Of a stretch of DNA of 64,000 bases, positions 24,593 through 37,790 are shown in pieces (position 1 is the stretch's first letter; each line of letters opens with the position of its first letter). Source of the DNA: Octopus bimaculoides (taxonomy: Eukaryota); the NCBI RefSeq assembly GCF_001194135.2, contig NC_068983.1:73391922-73455921 (forward strand), in the 5' to 3' direction. Under the pieces are notes generated by a model. That model worked only from the letters and a program-made list of their open reading frames with translations. It did not search any database and was not told where the DNA came from. The position numbers and the translations under genes were made by a program.

Positions 24593-25179
24593 GGAAGAGA
24601 GAGAGAGAGAGAGTTGGGAGAAAAGTGTAAAAGATAAGAAAGGTGAATGAGAAAAACAGAAAGTTCATTTATAGGGTATACATACGTGTGTGTGTGTGTG
24701 TGCGTGTACATTTTTTTCATCTTGTCCAATGTATCCTCTCGTTTATATAATGTTAATGTGTGACATTGAGAGAGATTTGAGTGTTATTTTCAGCAAATCG
24801 TAGAGAGAAAGAGAGAGAGAGAGAGAAGGGGGAGAGAACGGAGAGAGTGGCGGTGTGTTGACGATCTGAACGAGAGCTTATATAAACTTACCAACCTCCT
24901 ACCACTGCATATTAATTTATTAAACCCTCTCATTTTCCTTGCTTCCATTCGGGGTTTTATCAGCTTTACATATGAATGTGTGTGAGTGTGTGTGATGGAT
25001 AGCACGAACAACTTCTCCCTCCTTAAAGCTATGTATTCCTCACACCCACTTCCCTTTCTTTTCCTCAGCGTTCTAAAAATTGCATGTGTGTGTATGTATT
25101 GGTGTGTGCGTGTGTGTGTCTGTATACGTATACATGTGTCTGTATTTACGTAAATATATGTATGCAGCGTCCAAAACAG

Positions 25180-25439
25180 ATGACCCGATGACTCGGATGT
25201 TGCTGCTCTTCCATTACTTTCGCAAACAGCAGTAACTTTCTTCAGCGGAATACACGTCATTGATTGGTTAAAATTACCCAAATACGACAACTTTAACACG
25301 AAATAACTTCTAAAATACAAAATTTTGTCAAAAACATTCTACGTGTTCTACGTGACACATTCAACCAGTATCCTAAGTTTCAAACTATTTAGTTAATAAA
25401 AATTAATTAAAAAATCTGTGTCTGAGATTAAAAAGATCC
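25180..25439 (-). mobile_element. Unclassified ~260-bp element (older subfamily), right arm of an inverted pair
   Basis: Begins ATGACCCGATGAC and ends AAAAGATCC; inverted relative to 24320-24592. Confidence 0.8.
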
Positions 25440-27543
25440 AACAGGGATAGTTCTCGTATAATAAATATTAAGTACATATATACTAATATATATGCTCTGT
25501 GCATTTTCCGGTGGCTGGAATGGCGCAGCGGAGTATTTAACTCTCATGTCACCTGAGTTAAAATACCTAAAAGTCATGGACAGGCGAGATAACTCACCCT
25601 CAATCCCATTTGGGAGTGATGGATATCGATGTTTCGCTATTTTTGTAGTTTTTCAACATCACGCACTCACCTGGCTCTATGGCGAGTCACCTAGCCAGTC
25701 CAACGACTTATATTCTCATGGCTTGTAAAATCATGTATGTATGTATGCATGTATGTATATATANNNNNNNNNNNNNNNNNNNNNNNNNNNNNNNNNNNNN
25801 NNNNNNNNNNNNNNNNNNNNNNNNNNNNNNNNNNNNNNNNNNNNNNNNNNNNNNNNNNNNNNNNNNNNNNNNNNNNNNNNNNNNNNNNNNNNNNNNNNNA
25901 TATATATATATATAATATTTGTATATTTAATTCACTTTTATGTCACAGTAAGATCAACAAAAAATATTCCATCAGATGAAAGATAAATATTGTTTAATGG
26001 ACACAATACATAGTTATGAGCTACTAATAGTCTCATACAGTGGAGGTGTTGTCTAGACAGGTTTTAATAACAAGCCTAGTGTCTCCAAGCAATCTCGGGC
26101 TCTGAGCACATGGCGTATACAAGTTACAAATCAAGAAAATAGAACAAGAGAAATCACGAAAAAAAAAAGGAGACAAAGGTGGATGCAAAAACTGGAAGGG
26201 TGTAAAAAAACAAGAAAAGAAAGGGAAAATGAAAGAGAATTAGAGTTATGTTCCCTTTGCCCATAAAGACATAAGACTAATTGGTGTAGAACCAACAGAA
26301 GGTGTCTAAAGTCAGCAACGCAGCTGCTCAATCCAGAGAGAGTGCTGTTCTCTATTTCGGCAAAAATGTATTTACGACGGGTTTCTTTAGTTTCCGTCTA
26401 CCAAATCTATTCCAAAGGTTTTACCCAAGGTGCCATGCGGTGGAACTGATTCCAGAACCATGTGAAAATAACGTAATGGCTGTGTTCTAAACTTAACATT
26501 TATCAACTTATTTACTAATATGTCTGAGTTAAAGTGTCTTTAGCGTCTCTTAAATATACAAATCATCTTACTGTTGTGTAAAAAAGACTTGCCAGTGAAC
26601 AGGCTGAATTATTAGGGTGTCAAAGAAAATTCCCAGCTTTGCTGAACATATAAGAGAAAAATCAGTTGAAAAACATGGGAGTTCCTTTCATCCTGTTCTG
26701 AGGTGACAGCTTAATAAGTCCGAAGAGCTTTCGCTAACATTCCAAAGTGAAAACTCGAACAAGATTAGGCCTTTTAATTATATAATTCAGGTGGAATTCC
26801 TTTCTTAGTGGCAACTCTGTGAAAAGGGTCTGTTCAGTAGCTAAGTCCAAGCACATTAATAACTACTATTTGAAAATTTTAAGGTTACTGGACGCTTATT
26901 GAATACCATGATATATACTTTCTTTTGTCAAATTGTAGTTTTTCTGAAGCGTTCGTTTCTTGAGATTGTGTGAATCCATATAGGTGGTATTGAATATGCA
27001 AACATAGAAGAGAACATCTTTGAAAACAATATTCTTTGATATACACTTGTTACCTTCACTCTAGAAAGAGCTACATATAATTTTCCATGAGAAAATACTA
27101 GTTCACTTCTCTTTGATTTTCAGTTGTAGCTAATGCTATTAAAATTATTGGAAATATGTTGAAAGAAAAATGTATAAAGCAAATGCTTGAAATACTCTTT
27201 ACTATAGAACGAAAAGAAGACATTATCATCTATGATATTATTCTATAATGGTGCGACTAAATTAATAACACCTTAACAAATCTTAATTCTTTCTACTGTG
27301 TCTTAATTTCATATTAGAGAAAAGTGGAGGTGTATTTAGTCGGGGGATCTTGTGTAGGTCTTTTGATTTTAAGTGTCTCATGACTTCTGCTCCAAATTCC
27401 AGGCTGGTTTTCTTAATGGTTTCGCCTCGTACCTAGAATTATTCCTTACCCATCTAGGGCAGTGCATTTCACTATCCTCCTGATGTTCGATTTCGGTAGC
27501 TCATCCACCACTGTCGCCTTCGCCACTGCTCAGAATGTCACTT

Positions 27544-27610
<67 letters not shown>

Positions 27611-27900
27611 GTAAGTAAAATTAGAAGAGAAGCGAAATGTTTATCCCATTTGTTGACAGCTGTTTCATAACCTGTATCCAGTTGCATTAGCGGCATTAAA
27701 ACGTCCAACACACATATAAATATACATATAGATGCACACATTTACATATATGTGTTGTTACATAATGAATTAGATCATCAGAACATTTCGTAAGTCATGA
27801 GCTGTAATCATTTAGCTCAGATACAGATGCAATAAATATTTCAACTCTCACTTCTCTAATTATATTAATTATTATATGCTCTCCAGCTGATTGATTTTCC

Positions 27901-28813
27901 AAAATAAATAAATATACAGATAAATAAAGATAAAAAAATCCGGAGGCGAAAGAAATTCTTTTCTCTTCTGGCCTTAAAGGTGTTAATATTGATTTGTCTT
28001 ATCTTAGCAATGGAAAATTTCACGTTCTTTCGTCACTGTCACTGTTTTGTCTTCATTGATAGCCAAATACCCGGTAGAGAGGTTACTGTGAGCTCTGATT
28101 CTATGAATCCTTGTTTGCACGCGCGCAGGTATGTGTGTGAGTGTGCGCGCGCGTTTTAGTTTTAGAGAAATGCTCATAGCTGATATTGCAGGGTGATATT
28201 TTCCCCTCAGCGTCTATTCCTATCACAAAAATTCCCAAGCAGGGTTATTGGTGACATGCGTGTCGTAGTGTCGCCATAACTGACTTAGAATTATTTTAGT
28301 CGACTTCAGCACGATTCGAACTCAGACCGCAAAGGTACTTTGGTGGATACAGCAAGGCATTTTGTTACTCATTTTGTAACTCATAAATGATTTCTAACTT
28401 TATCACACGGCTATAAATTTGTAAGGAAGGAAGATAGTCGATTTAATTAACCACCGATACGTCGTTAGTGTTCCGAGAAAAAACTTACATTACCAATAGC
28501 GGACATGAATTTACGACTCTTGGACAAGAGACGATAACTTATTCACTCAGCTATTATTGTTTACTCCACAAACACCAAAGCTTAACTTAACTGAAGATGT
28601 GTTCTTGTAGAAAAAAATAAATACATAAATAATATAAAAAATAAAAATAAAGAGTAAAAATACTAAAGAAACATTTCACTCACATACTAAAATAAATAAA
28701 TATATAGATAAATAAAAATAAAAAAAAAATCTGGAGGCAAAAGAAATTCTTTTCTCTTCTGGCTTTAAAGGTGTTAATATTGATTTGTCTTATCTTAGCA
28801 ATGGAAAATTTCA
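27901..28813 (+). repeat. ~122-bp direct repeat pair (27901-28022 and 28689-28813)
   Basis: Near-identical text GGAGGC(G/A)AAAGAAATTCTTTTCTCTTCTGGC...GCAATGGAAAATTTCA appears in both, with a few substitutions and no gap between them. Confidence 0.85.
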
Positions 28814-28966
28814 TGAAATAATGATAGAAAAATGGTAGAAAGTTAATTTGTGTGTGTACTTGTGTGTGTCTGTGTGCGCACCGGTGTGTGCGTGCTGGTA
28901 TATACGTGTATGTATGTATGTATATATGTATGTATGTGTGTGTGTATGTGTGCGTGTGTATGTATG

Positions 28967-29017
<51 letters not shown>

Positions 29018-29539
29018 NNNNNNNNNNNNNNNNNNNNNNNNNNNNNNNNNNNNNNNNNNNNNNNNNNNNNNNNNNNNNNNNNNNNNNNNNNNNNNNNNNN
29101 NNNNNNNNNNNNNNNNNNNNNNNNNNNNNNNNNNNNNNNNNNNNNNNNNNNNNNNNNNNNNNNNNNNNNNNNNNNNNNNNNNNNNNNNNNNNNNNNNNNN
29201 NNNNNNNNNNNNNNNNNNNNNNNNNNNNNNNNNNNNNNNNNNNNNNNNNNNNNNNNNNNNNNNNNNNNNNNNNNNNNNNNNNNNNNNNNNNNNNNNNNNN
29301 NNNNNNNNNNNNNNNNNNNNNNNNNNNNNNNNNNNNNNNNNNNNNNNNNNNNNNNNNNNNNNNNNNNNNNNNNNNNNNNNNNNNNNNNNNNNNNNNNNNN
29401 NNNNNNNNNNNNNNNNNNNNNNNNNNNNNNNNNNNNNNNNNNNNNNNNNNNNNNNNNNNNNNNNNNNNNNNNNNNNNNNNNNNNNNNNNNNNNNNNNNNN
29501 NNNNNNNNNNNNNNNNNNNNNNNNNNNNNNNNNNNNNNN

Positions 29540-29585
<46 letters not shown>

Positions 29586-29666
29586 TGCGTGTGTGTGTGT
29601 GAGTGCGCGCGCGTACATAGATTTACTCACACACGCATAATATGCACACATACATGTACAGAAACA

Positions 29667-29705
<39 letters not shown>

Positions 29706-31109
29706 ACAGGCACATAAATGCACACACATTTTTACCCAATAACGTAGACCATTTTAGATTACGATCGCAACTATTCCGCAGCAAATGTATTTAATTTTGA
29801 ATGTGAACAAAAGAAACCGGAGATAAAATAATACACATAATACTCTACTTTGCTTTGATCTGGTGCAATGAAGCGACTTTTGCCCCAGACAATGCTTCTG
29901 ATCAAAACATAAGTATTAAAAAGCACGGTACAATACATTACATTATATTACAATACATTACAATACATTGTAAGACACTAAGATACTAACGCACAGAATA
30001 GAACACACTTGCCGTACACACGGCAATAGACTAAGATAAATACCTACACACACACACACACACACACACAAGGTAAGTATGTGCGGTAGGTTATAGTACT
30101 GCTTATGTATGAAACGTTCGTACTACTTTAACTTCGTTTGTTGGTCGGATTATTCTCATCCGTCTTCAGGTAGCATACGTTTCTCATTCTATCTCTTTAC
30201 TACGTTAGAGACATCTATTTTAATATATAGATCAATATTATTTTTGGGGGAGTAGATTTAATGCGTCACCCTGTTCAACACCTCCAGCTGTCCCTTTGGG
30301 TATCGTTAATGGAGTTCCCTCTGTTCCATGCATTTGGATCAGGGCTCAGAACTGTTGAGTACTCTGTTTTGTGATGTGCCCTAAGCTAGTTCAACTTCTT
30401 AATCTGGTTAGTATCGTCCCCTTCGAGACTTTGGAGGCTCATAAAGATGCAACAGAAGTCAAAGGGACATCGAGTGGATGCTATGGAGGCTGGTTGTTTA
30501 GAAGTGGGGCTGTGATGTTTCTAAGTTATTAGATATTTAAACCATCTTATTTAAAAAAAAAATCTTTGTCGCGATTAACAGTGAGAAAAAGCTTGATTGA
30601 TGACGTGCTAGAGTCCACATTAATTTTGTCATATAAGTCCTCAATTAGTAATTTCCCGGAAAATTTAGTATAGGGGATAAAGTCAGCGAAGATATCTTAA
30701 AAGGAAATACATGCTAGATGGAAATGTATTAGGAGATATTGAATTAGCTTCTGTTTCTTCAAGGAAACTTGTTTTTTAATTTACTTTTCACAGAACATTA
30801 ATAGGGGTAAACCGTCATCCAGTGAAAAGGGGCACAGAGTTACAAAAGGTTGGGGAATATTGAACTACAGCAATCTGTAAGATGTGGTCTATCTCCCTCG
30901 ACAACTTTCGGGGTTCTTGCAAATAGAGGTGTTGCAAGCAGCGAGCAATCGCCCCTAAGAGTAGGAAAGAGCACAAATTTCCTCTGGTCTATCATACCTG
31001 TTAAGGTAATGATGCCAACAGTGTCTTTACTCTCAGGTACTGAAAACACTGACTACACTGCTGTATGCAAATTTGATGTGTGCTACCCGTCTTTCTCTTG
31101 CTTAGCCAT

Positions 31110-31322
31110 AAAATAAATACTTCAAATTTTGGTCGAATTGGGGAAGGGGGTTGTTGATTACATCGATTCCAGTATTTGGCTGGTATTTTATTTTATCAAT
31201 CCCGAGAGGATGAAGAGCAAACTTAACTTCGGCAGAATTTTAGCTTAGCACGAAACAAGCCGGAAGAAATGTTGCTAAGCATTTTGTCCGACTCGTTAAC
31301 AATTCTGCCAGCTTGCTGCCTA
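31110..31322 (-). mobile_element. SINE family B, degenerate
   Basis: Reverse-complement similarity to 14090-14298. Confidence 0.7.
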
Positions 31323-32419
31323 CTATGCCATAAAATAAAGTGGAGAGAAGAAGACTATAGCCATTTTAGCCCTTCCTAATAACAAAAGGGCGATATGATT
31401 GATATTTTACTCAAATATTTAAGCGTTAAAAAGTGCAAAGTTTTAATAGAGATAGTGTATGGCCGTTGGAAGTGATGTCTGGTAAGACGAGATAAAGAAA
31501 GCGAACAGGACGAGTTTGGATAAATGTAAGAGGATCAAGGCTTGCTGTAATTGCGCTAGAAGTGATAAACTAGCTATTAATATTTAACTCCAGACCAATC
31601 CTGAAAAAGTAGACTTAGCATGAAAGACATTTACAACCGTGACCATCCCATTTTGCTTTTCAGGGTTAGGGAAACCAGGACATCATTATGTAACGTGTCC
31701 TTCTTTTTTCCATAACCATAAGATTTAATTTAAGGAAAATTTTGCTGTTATTTGTAGCAGGTCGAGAGGCCACACCAAAGTGCCTTCGTATGTTGGAGTA
31801 CGTTGATGGGTATCAGAATTTTATTTAAAGCATCAAAAATTCTTTTTTTTTCTTTTTGTTTGGTTGTGTCTTGTGTGTGAATAAGTGAATGTGCATGTGT
31901 GAATGTACGTACGTGTGTGTGTGAATGTACGTACGTACGTGTGTGTGTGTGTGTGTGTGTGTGCGTGTGTGTNNNNNNNNNNGTGTGTGTGTGTGTGTGT
32001 GTGTGTGCGTGTGTGTGTGTGTGTGTATGTGTGTGTGCGTGCGTGCGTGTGTATTACGGCCCGAAGTACGTGAGCCGTGCTCTTACTTAGTTTTCACTTA
32101 TCCTTTCAAGAGAATCACTAACTGCTCTCATACGCAGCTACTATACATGATGTTAATAAAAACAACTTGGCCTTTTCTCTTTTGCTAAAAAAAGCAAAGA
32201 AAAACACTAAAAGGTTACCAGTGAAAGCATTTAATCGACAAAATTATCCGTGTATCATTCACTCTTCCGCGCTAGTTTACATTGTGACAGCATACTATCA
32301 TTTTGCTCGTAATATATTCAAACCTTAAAAGCTTCTGAAATTTCTTCGTCGGTTCTAACATTCACTCTTCTGAGGCGGATAAGATAAATACCAAACCGAA
32401 TTGAAAAGAAAAAGAAGAG

Positions 32420-32830
32420 CTACTCATATTGATTTTAAATTTTGGAACAAGGACAGCAATTTTGGGAGAAGGGCTAAGTCGATTACATTGATTCCAGTGC
32501 TCGACTGGTACTTATTTTATCGACTCCGAAAAGATAGAACACATAGTCAACTTCAGAACATAAAAACAGAGGAAATGCTGCAAAGCATTCTGGCACGCGC
32601 GATAATGGTTTCAAATTCTGGAATAAGGCCAGCAATTTTGAGGTATGGGGCAAACCGATTGCATTGATCCCAATGCACAACTGGTACTTATTGGTACTTA
32701 TTTTTTCATCCAAAAATGATGAAAAGCAAAGTCGACCTCGGGAAAATTTGAACTCCGAGCCTTAAGACGGACGAAATGTCGCTAAGTAGTTCTTTCTGCG
32801 TACTAACAGTTCTGCCAGCTCGCCACCTTG
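32420..32830 (-). mobile_element. Two degenerate family B SINEs
   Basis: GTCGATTACATTGA..CCAGT..CTGGTACTTATTTT..GAAAAGCAAAGTCGACCTC motifs occur twice. Confidence 0.7.
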
Positions 32831-33319
32831 ATGTGGACTGTTCCTATTACGGAGTGTTAAACAGAATGATGTCAAGGAAACTTCTGTAAGTAGCACGCAA
32901 TATAGCAAATGATTTAATCAATTCTAAATAAGGATTATACTTTTAGTCTTTACTTCATAAGAATCGGAGTAGCTATACTTGCTAAAGGCGGCGTGTGGAA
33001 GATTTAATAAACTAAAATTGTCGCATTTTAATACCGTTGAGCCTCATTCGGTGTCGATGCAGACTCTGAAATATACTGTAAGTCTGTTTACGTATCTTTC
33101 AATATGCGGGATAAAGCCTCCGGTGGTATAGATTTGGCAATTAGTGTATTAAGAAAATTACATAAGACCTTGCCTCCCGTTCCATGTTGCATAAAACATG
33201 AAACCAATAATTCTATGTACGTATTCAAACAGCTATGAAACAGACTGGTGAGTGTTTAACGAAGTAAATATAAACTGTACGAATGCATATATGTATATAA
33301 TTATCAATCTCCTTCACGT

Positions 33320-33357
<38 letters not shown>

Positions 33358-33605
33358 GGTTTATCAATCTATCGGTTTATCAATCTATCTATCTATCTGT
33401 CGGCTGGTCGGTCTGACTGTTTGTCCCCCTGCCTGTCTGTCTACTTGTTTATCTGTCAGTCAATCAATCAATTGATCAATCAGTCTAAGTATATCTAGCT
33501 GTCTGTCTAACTGACTGTCTGTCTGTCTAACTGACTGTCTGTCTGTCTAACTGACTGTCTGTCTGTCTAACTGGCTCTCTACCTGTCTATCGATCGATTA
33601 ATCTA

Positions 33606-33705
<100 letters not shown>

Positions 33706-33709
33706 CTTG

Positions 33710-34035
33710 TACTTAGTTCAGTCATTGGACTACGGCCATTGGAGCCTTGACTGGTTTAGTCATTCTAATCGACCACAGTCTGGTTCTTATGATATCGATC
33801 TCATTTGCTGAACTGTTATGTTAAGGAGTCTAAACAAATAAATACTGGTTGTCAAGTAGTGGGCGACAAACAAGCATATATGAAATGCTTCCACATAGTT
33901 TCCATGTACCAAATTCACTCACAAGGCATTGGTCCAGAGCGATACTAGAAAATACTTGCTCAAGGAGACGCGGATTGAGACTGAACCTGAAATCACGTGG
34001 TTGCAAGCGAGCTTCTTAACCACGCAGTCAGGCCT
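33710..34035 (-). mobile_element. SINE family A, old degenerate copy
   Basis: Reverse-complement similarity to 5727-6123 (CAAATTCACTCACAAGGC, ACTTGCTCAAGG). Confidence 0.65.
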
Positions 34036-34547
34036 GTGTGTGTGTGTGCATGTGTGCGTGCGCGAGCGTGTTATTGTGTTTTTGTGTGTGTGTGTGTATG
34101 CACACACATTTATATCTATGTAACTATATACGTGTGAAATTTTATACATTGGTGGATATATACACGTGTATATATATATATATATATATNNNNNNNNNNN
34201 NNNNNNNNNNNNNNNNNNNNNNNNNNNNNNNNNNNNNNNNNNNNNNNNNNNNNNNNNNNNNNNNNNNNNNNNNNNNNNNNNNNNNNNNNNNNNNNNNNNN
34301 NNNNNNNNNNNNNNNNNNNNNNNNNNNNNNNNNNNNNNNNNNNNNNNNNNNNNNNNNNNNNNNNNNNNNNNNNNNNNNNNNNNNNNNNNNNNNNNNNNNN
34401 NNNNNNNNNNNNNNNNNNNNNNNNNNNNNNNNNNNNNNNNNNNNNNNNNNNNNNNNNNNNNNNNNNNNNNNNNNNNNNNNNNNNNNNNNNNNNNNNNNNN
34501 NNNNNNNNNNNNNNNNNNNNNNNNNNNNNNNNNNNNNNNNNNNNNNN

Positions 34548-34583
<36 letters not shown>

Positions 34584-35043
34584 TATATGTTCTGGGTATG
34601 ACTTTAAACTGCATCCTGTAGTGGGGCTCTAATGGCTTAGCCATTATGGTTCCCTGGTCTAGTCTGACCCGAAGTAGACGCACCTTTCAGGATCCTAGCT
34701 ATGGGTTAACTACCATATGTGACAACAATCCATCTAAACACAAAGACACAAAAATACCCTTGGTTGGTGTTAAGGTGCGCAGTAGACCCGCTGGCTGTGA
34801 GGAACTCCTAGCTGATGTCACAGCTCCTTCTAGGAGAGCAACACTCTGATATAAAATCTGTGGTTTCACGTGATTACTGCTCATCTCGCTTCGGCCTATC
34901 ACTAAATACTAATTAGGGAGCCTCAGGGAGTGGTACACATGTTATACAATGTTTCGTTATAGGGACTTCATTTGTCATTCCATCTATTGAAAGTCCTTTG
35001 GCGATGGAAGCGTGTTACCTATGCGTCAAGCCATGCATATTTG

Positions 35044-35443
35044 TGAAAGTAAATTATCCTCAAAATAATGAAGATAAATTGCAATGATAACCGGAAGTGA
35101 CGCCAGTGACGGACCACAATTTCATGTGAACAATGTATGTGACATAACTAATGTATAGAATATACATATATTTAATATAACACGAAAGCCTTATTTATGT
35201 TTCATATAAGATGAAAACGTTCATAATTCTGAGTGGTGTTCGTTGCCAGAACGGTGTATCGCAGCTGCTAATTCTAAAATACTGAACATATGACTAGAAG
35301 TTACTGTACATCTAAGTTGCTGTGGATGTGTTATGAAGACAGAGTTCTTCATGTTCTTTTTTATGAAATTTTGTGATGTAGTTGTCGTCACTTCCGGTTT
35401 GTTTCACAATTTTCTTTCAGTCATCTAAGACAAATTACTTTCA
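35044..35443. mobile_element. Degenerate MITE-like inverted repeat (~80-bp arms)
   Basis: 35044-35125 is the imperfect reverse complement of 35363-35443, with a perfect ACCGGAAGTGACG / CGTCACTTCCGGT core (35090-35102, 35386-35398). Confidence 0.6.
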
Positions 35444-35681
35444 TTTGTCTTACGACCGTAAACTGCATGTTAACCCACAATCTGATCACGAGAGCATTTG
35501 TGGGTTGGGTTTTTTTTCTGTTACAATAAGCAAGTTGAATATAAATCAAAGATTGAAATCTCTATCTTTCAGTTCATCAAACTATCAATCCGTTTTATTC
35601 TTTCTCTCGATATTATAACCCCTAGAATGAATATGCACGTTTATACAATATCAATTATATATCAATATGCATGAAATCGTG

Positions 35682-35965
35682 AAGGCGCGTGGCCTAGTGG
35701 TTAGGTCCCTGCTTTCACGATTGTGGTTTCGATACCCAGACCAGCCGTGCTGTGTTTTTGAGAAAAACACTTCATTACACATTGTCCCAGTTTACTCCTA
35801 AATAAGTAACCTTACGACGGACTGGCGTTCCATTCAGGGGTAATTTAGACCTGCCTACCAAGCCAGTAGGGTGGCATTATTCGAAAGGTTCAACAATGTG
35901 AGGAATCACATTGTGATCAGCGGTGTATAACAACACCTGATAGTCTGGTCGAGACAGTGATACGG
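35682..35965 (+). mobile_element. tRNA-derived SINE, family C-related
   Basis: Head GAAGGCGCGTGGCCTAGTGGTTAGG...GGTTTCGATACCCAGACC. Confidence 0.65.
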
Positions 35966-36410
35966 TGTAATATATAAAAATCACTATAAAAGCCGGAATC
36001 GTGTAAATTTCATGCGAGAATATCTATTTTCCTTATTTATTATTTTAATGCATTAATTTTTAAATCTTCATAACATTGTCTCATTATGTTAAAAATTTTG
36101 ATTATGTTACCGATTTGGTTCCATAGTTAAGCATTAAGCGTGACAAACTGTGACAAGCAGACTAATATAGATTTTTAATTTGTGGTTGAGCGAAGTTTAT
36201 CAGATGCACACAATAATGACTATGTGCGTGTATGTGTGTGTGTATCTTTGTATATGCATATGAGTATGTATGTATGTATGTATGTATGTATGTATGTATG
36301 TATGTATGTATGTATATATACATATATATATATGTATGTATATATATATATATATATACATACATACATATATATGTATATATATATATACATATATCTA
36401 TATATGTACG

Positions 36411-36442
<32 letters not shown>

Positions 36443-36468
36443 TGTATATATATATATATGCAAGTATG

Positions 36469-36521
<53 letters not shown>

Positions 36522-37002
36522 GTATTGGACGTCACCAACGGTGCAAACAACATGAAATACGTAAATAATGAGAAAAAAAATGGAAAGCAGGACAAGTAAA
36601 CACATAGAAAGGACCTTTCATCAGTTGTCGGTTGTCTATATACTCCTCATTTGAGTATTCAACGACAATATGAGTCTTCAAAGACAGTAGCTTCCATAAA
36701 TTCTAAAATAAAATTTAGGATTTGTGGAGGGTCAAAATTGGGAACAAAACCAGGACAGTGGAGACTTACAAGGAATCCGAACGAAAATAAACATGGAGGT
36801 TGTTAGACCAGAACAAGAGGAAAACAGTGAAAGCTGGTAGAAATATTTTCTTTGAAAAGAGAAAAGATAGAAGAGAGAGAGAAAGAAGTTCAGTCTTTTG
36901 AACGAACGTGCAAGAAAGAAAGATGGTCATGTGAGGAAAAGAAAGATGGATGATGGTCACATGTGAGCAACGAGAGAGAGAGAGAAAAAAATAGAAAGCG
37001 GG

Positions 37003-37105
<103 letters not shown>

Positions 37106-37644
37106 AGAAAACTAGTGAGTAGAGTAGGAGAATCGTCGGCGCGCCGTCAGAGATGCTCTACATTATATCTTCCGGTTCTCTACATTATGAGTTCAAATCC
37201 CACAAGCTTGCAGAAAGCAACGGGAAACCTCTCCAGTATTTATCTCAGGTTTAGTCATAATAGCCGAGGTTCCAGTCATCTACTTTACAATGACAAGGAA
37301 AGGTACGGGCTTTCCCAGGTCGTATAGAGAGTGCTAGACAAGGTTCATACACAGAGGACCTGCCCCAGGGCAAACCACTGCTAGATGTATGTATGTATGT
37401 ATGTATGTATGTATGTATGTATGTATGTATGTATGTATGTATGTATATATGTATGTATGTATGTATGTATGTACGTACGTACGTACGTATGTCGGTGTGT
37501 ATGTATGTATGCATGTATGTATGTATGTACGTACGTACGTATGTAGGTGTGTGTGATTATTCAGTCTTATTTCAAGATTTCTTGCCAATAGAGGTATTTT
37601 TGTATGTTTGTATGTATCTATGTTCTTTACTATTTTTAATTATT

Positions 37645-37790
37645 TAAATTCTTCCTCTGAGGAAGAAGCTGGTTTCTAACAATGGCACAGAGCTCCATGT
37701 AAATAACAAAACCAATGTCACATTTTAAACTTGTTTTTTTTTAATACTGTTCCGCTTACAGATTGTATTTGTAATATGCAAATTACTTGT
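37645..37790 (+). repeat. Dispersed repeat copy of the 535-690 family
   Basis: Shared CTC.GAGGAAG.AGCTGGTTTCTAACAA and CCGCTTACAGATTGTATTTGTAAT. Confidence 0.7.

Noticed and set aside
30230-31080. Possible LINE zinc-knuckle or Gypsy RT remnants
   Set aside because: Only vague motif resemblance after assuming several frameshifts; not supportable without an HMM search.
36560-36700. CTGATGA on the minus strand (36618-36624) with GACAA/TTGTC stem as a hammerhead
   Set aside because: No GAAA/stem III follows in the required order; the candidate pieces are in a non-permutable arrangement and degenerate.
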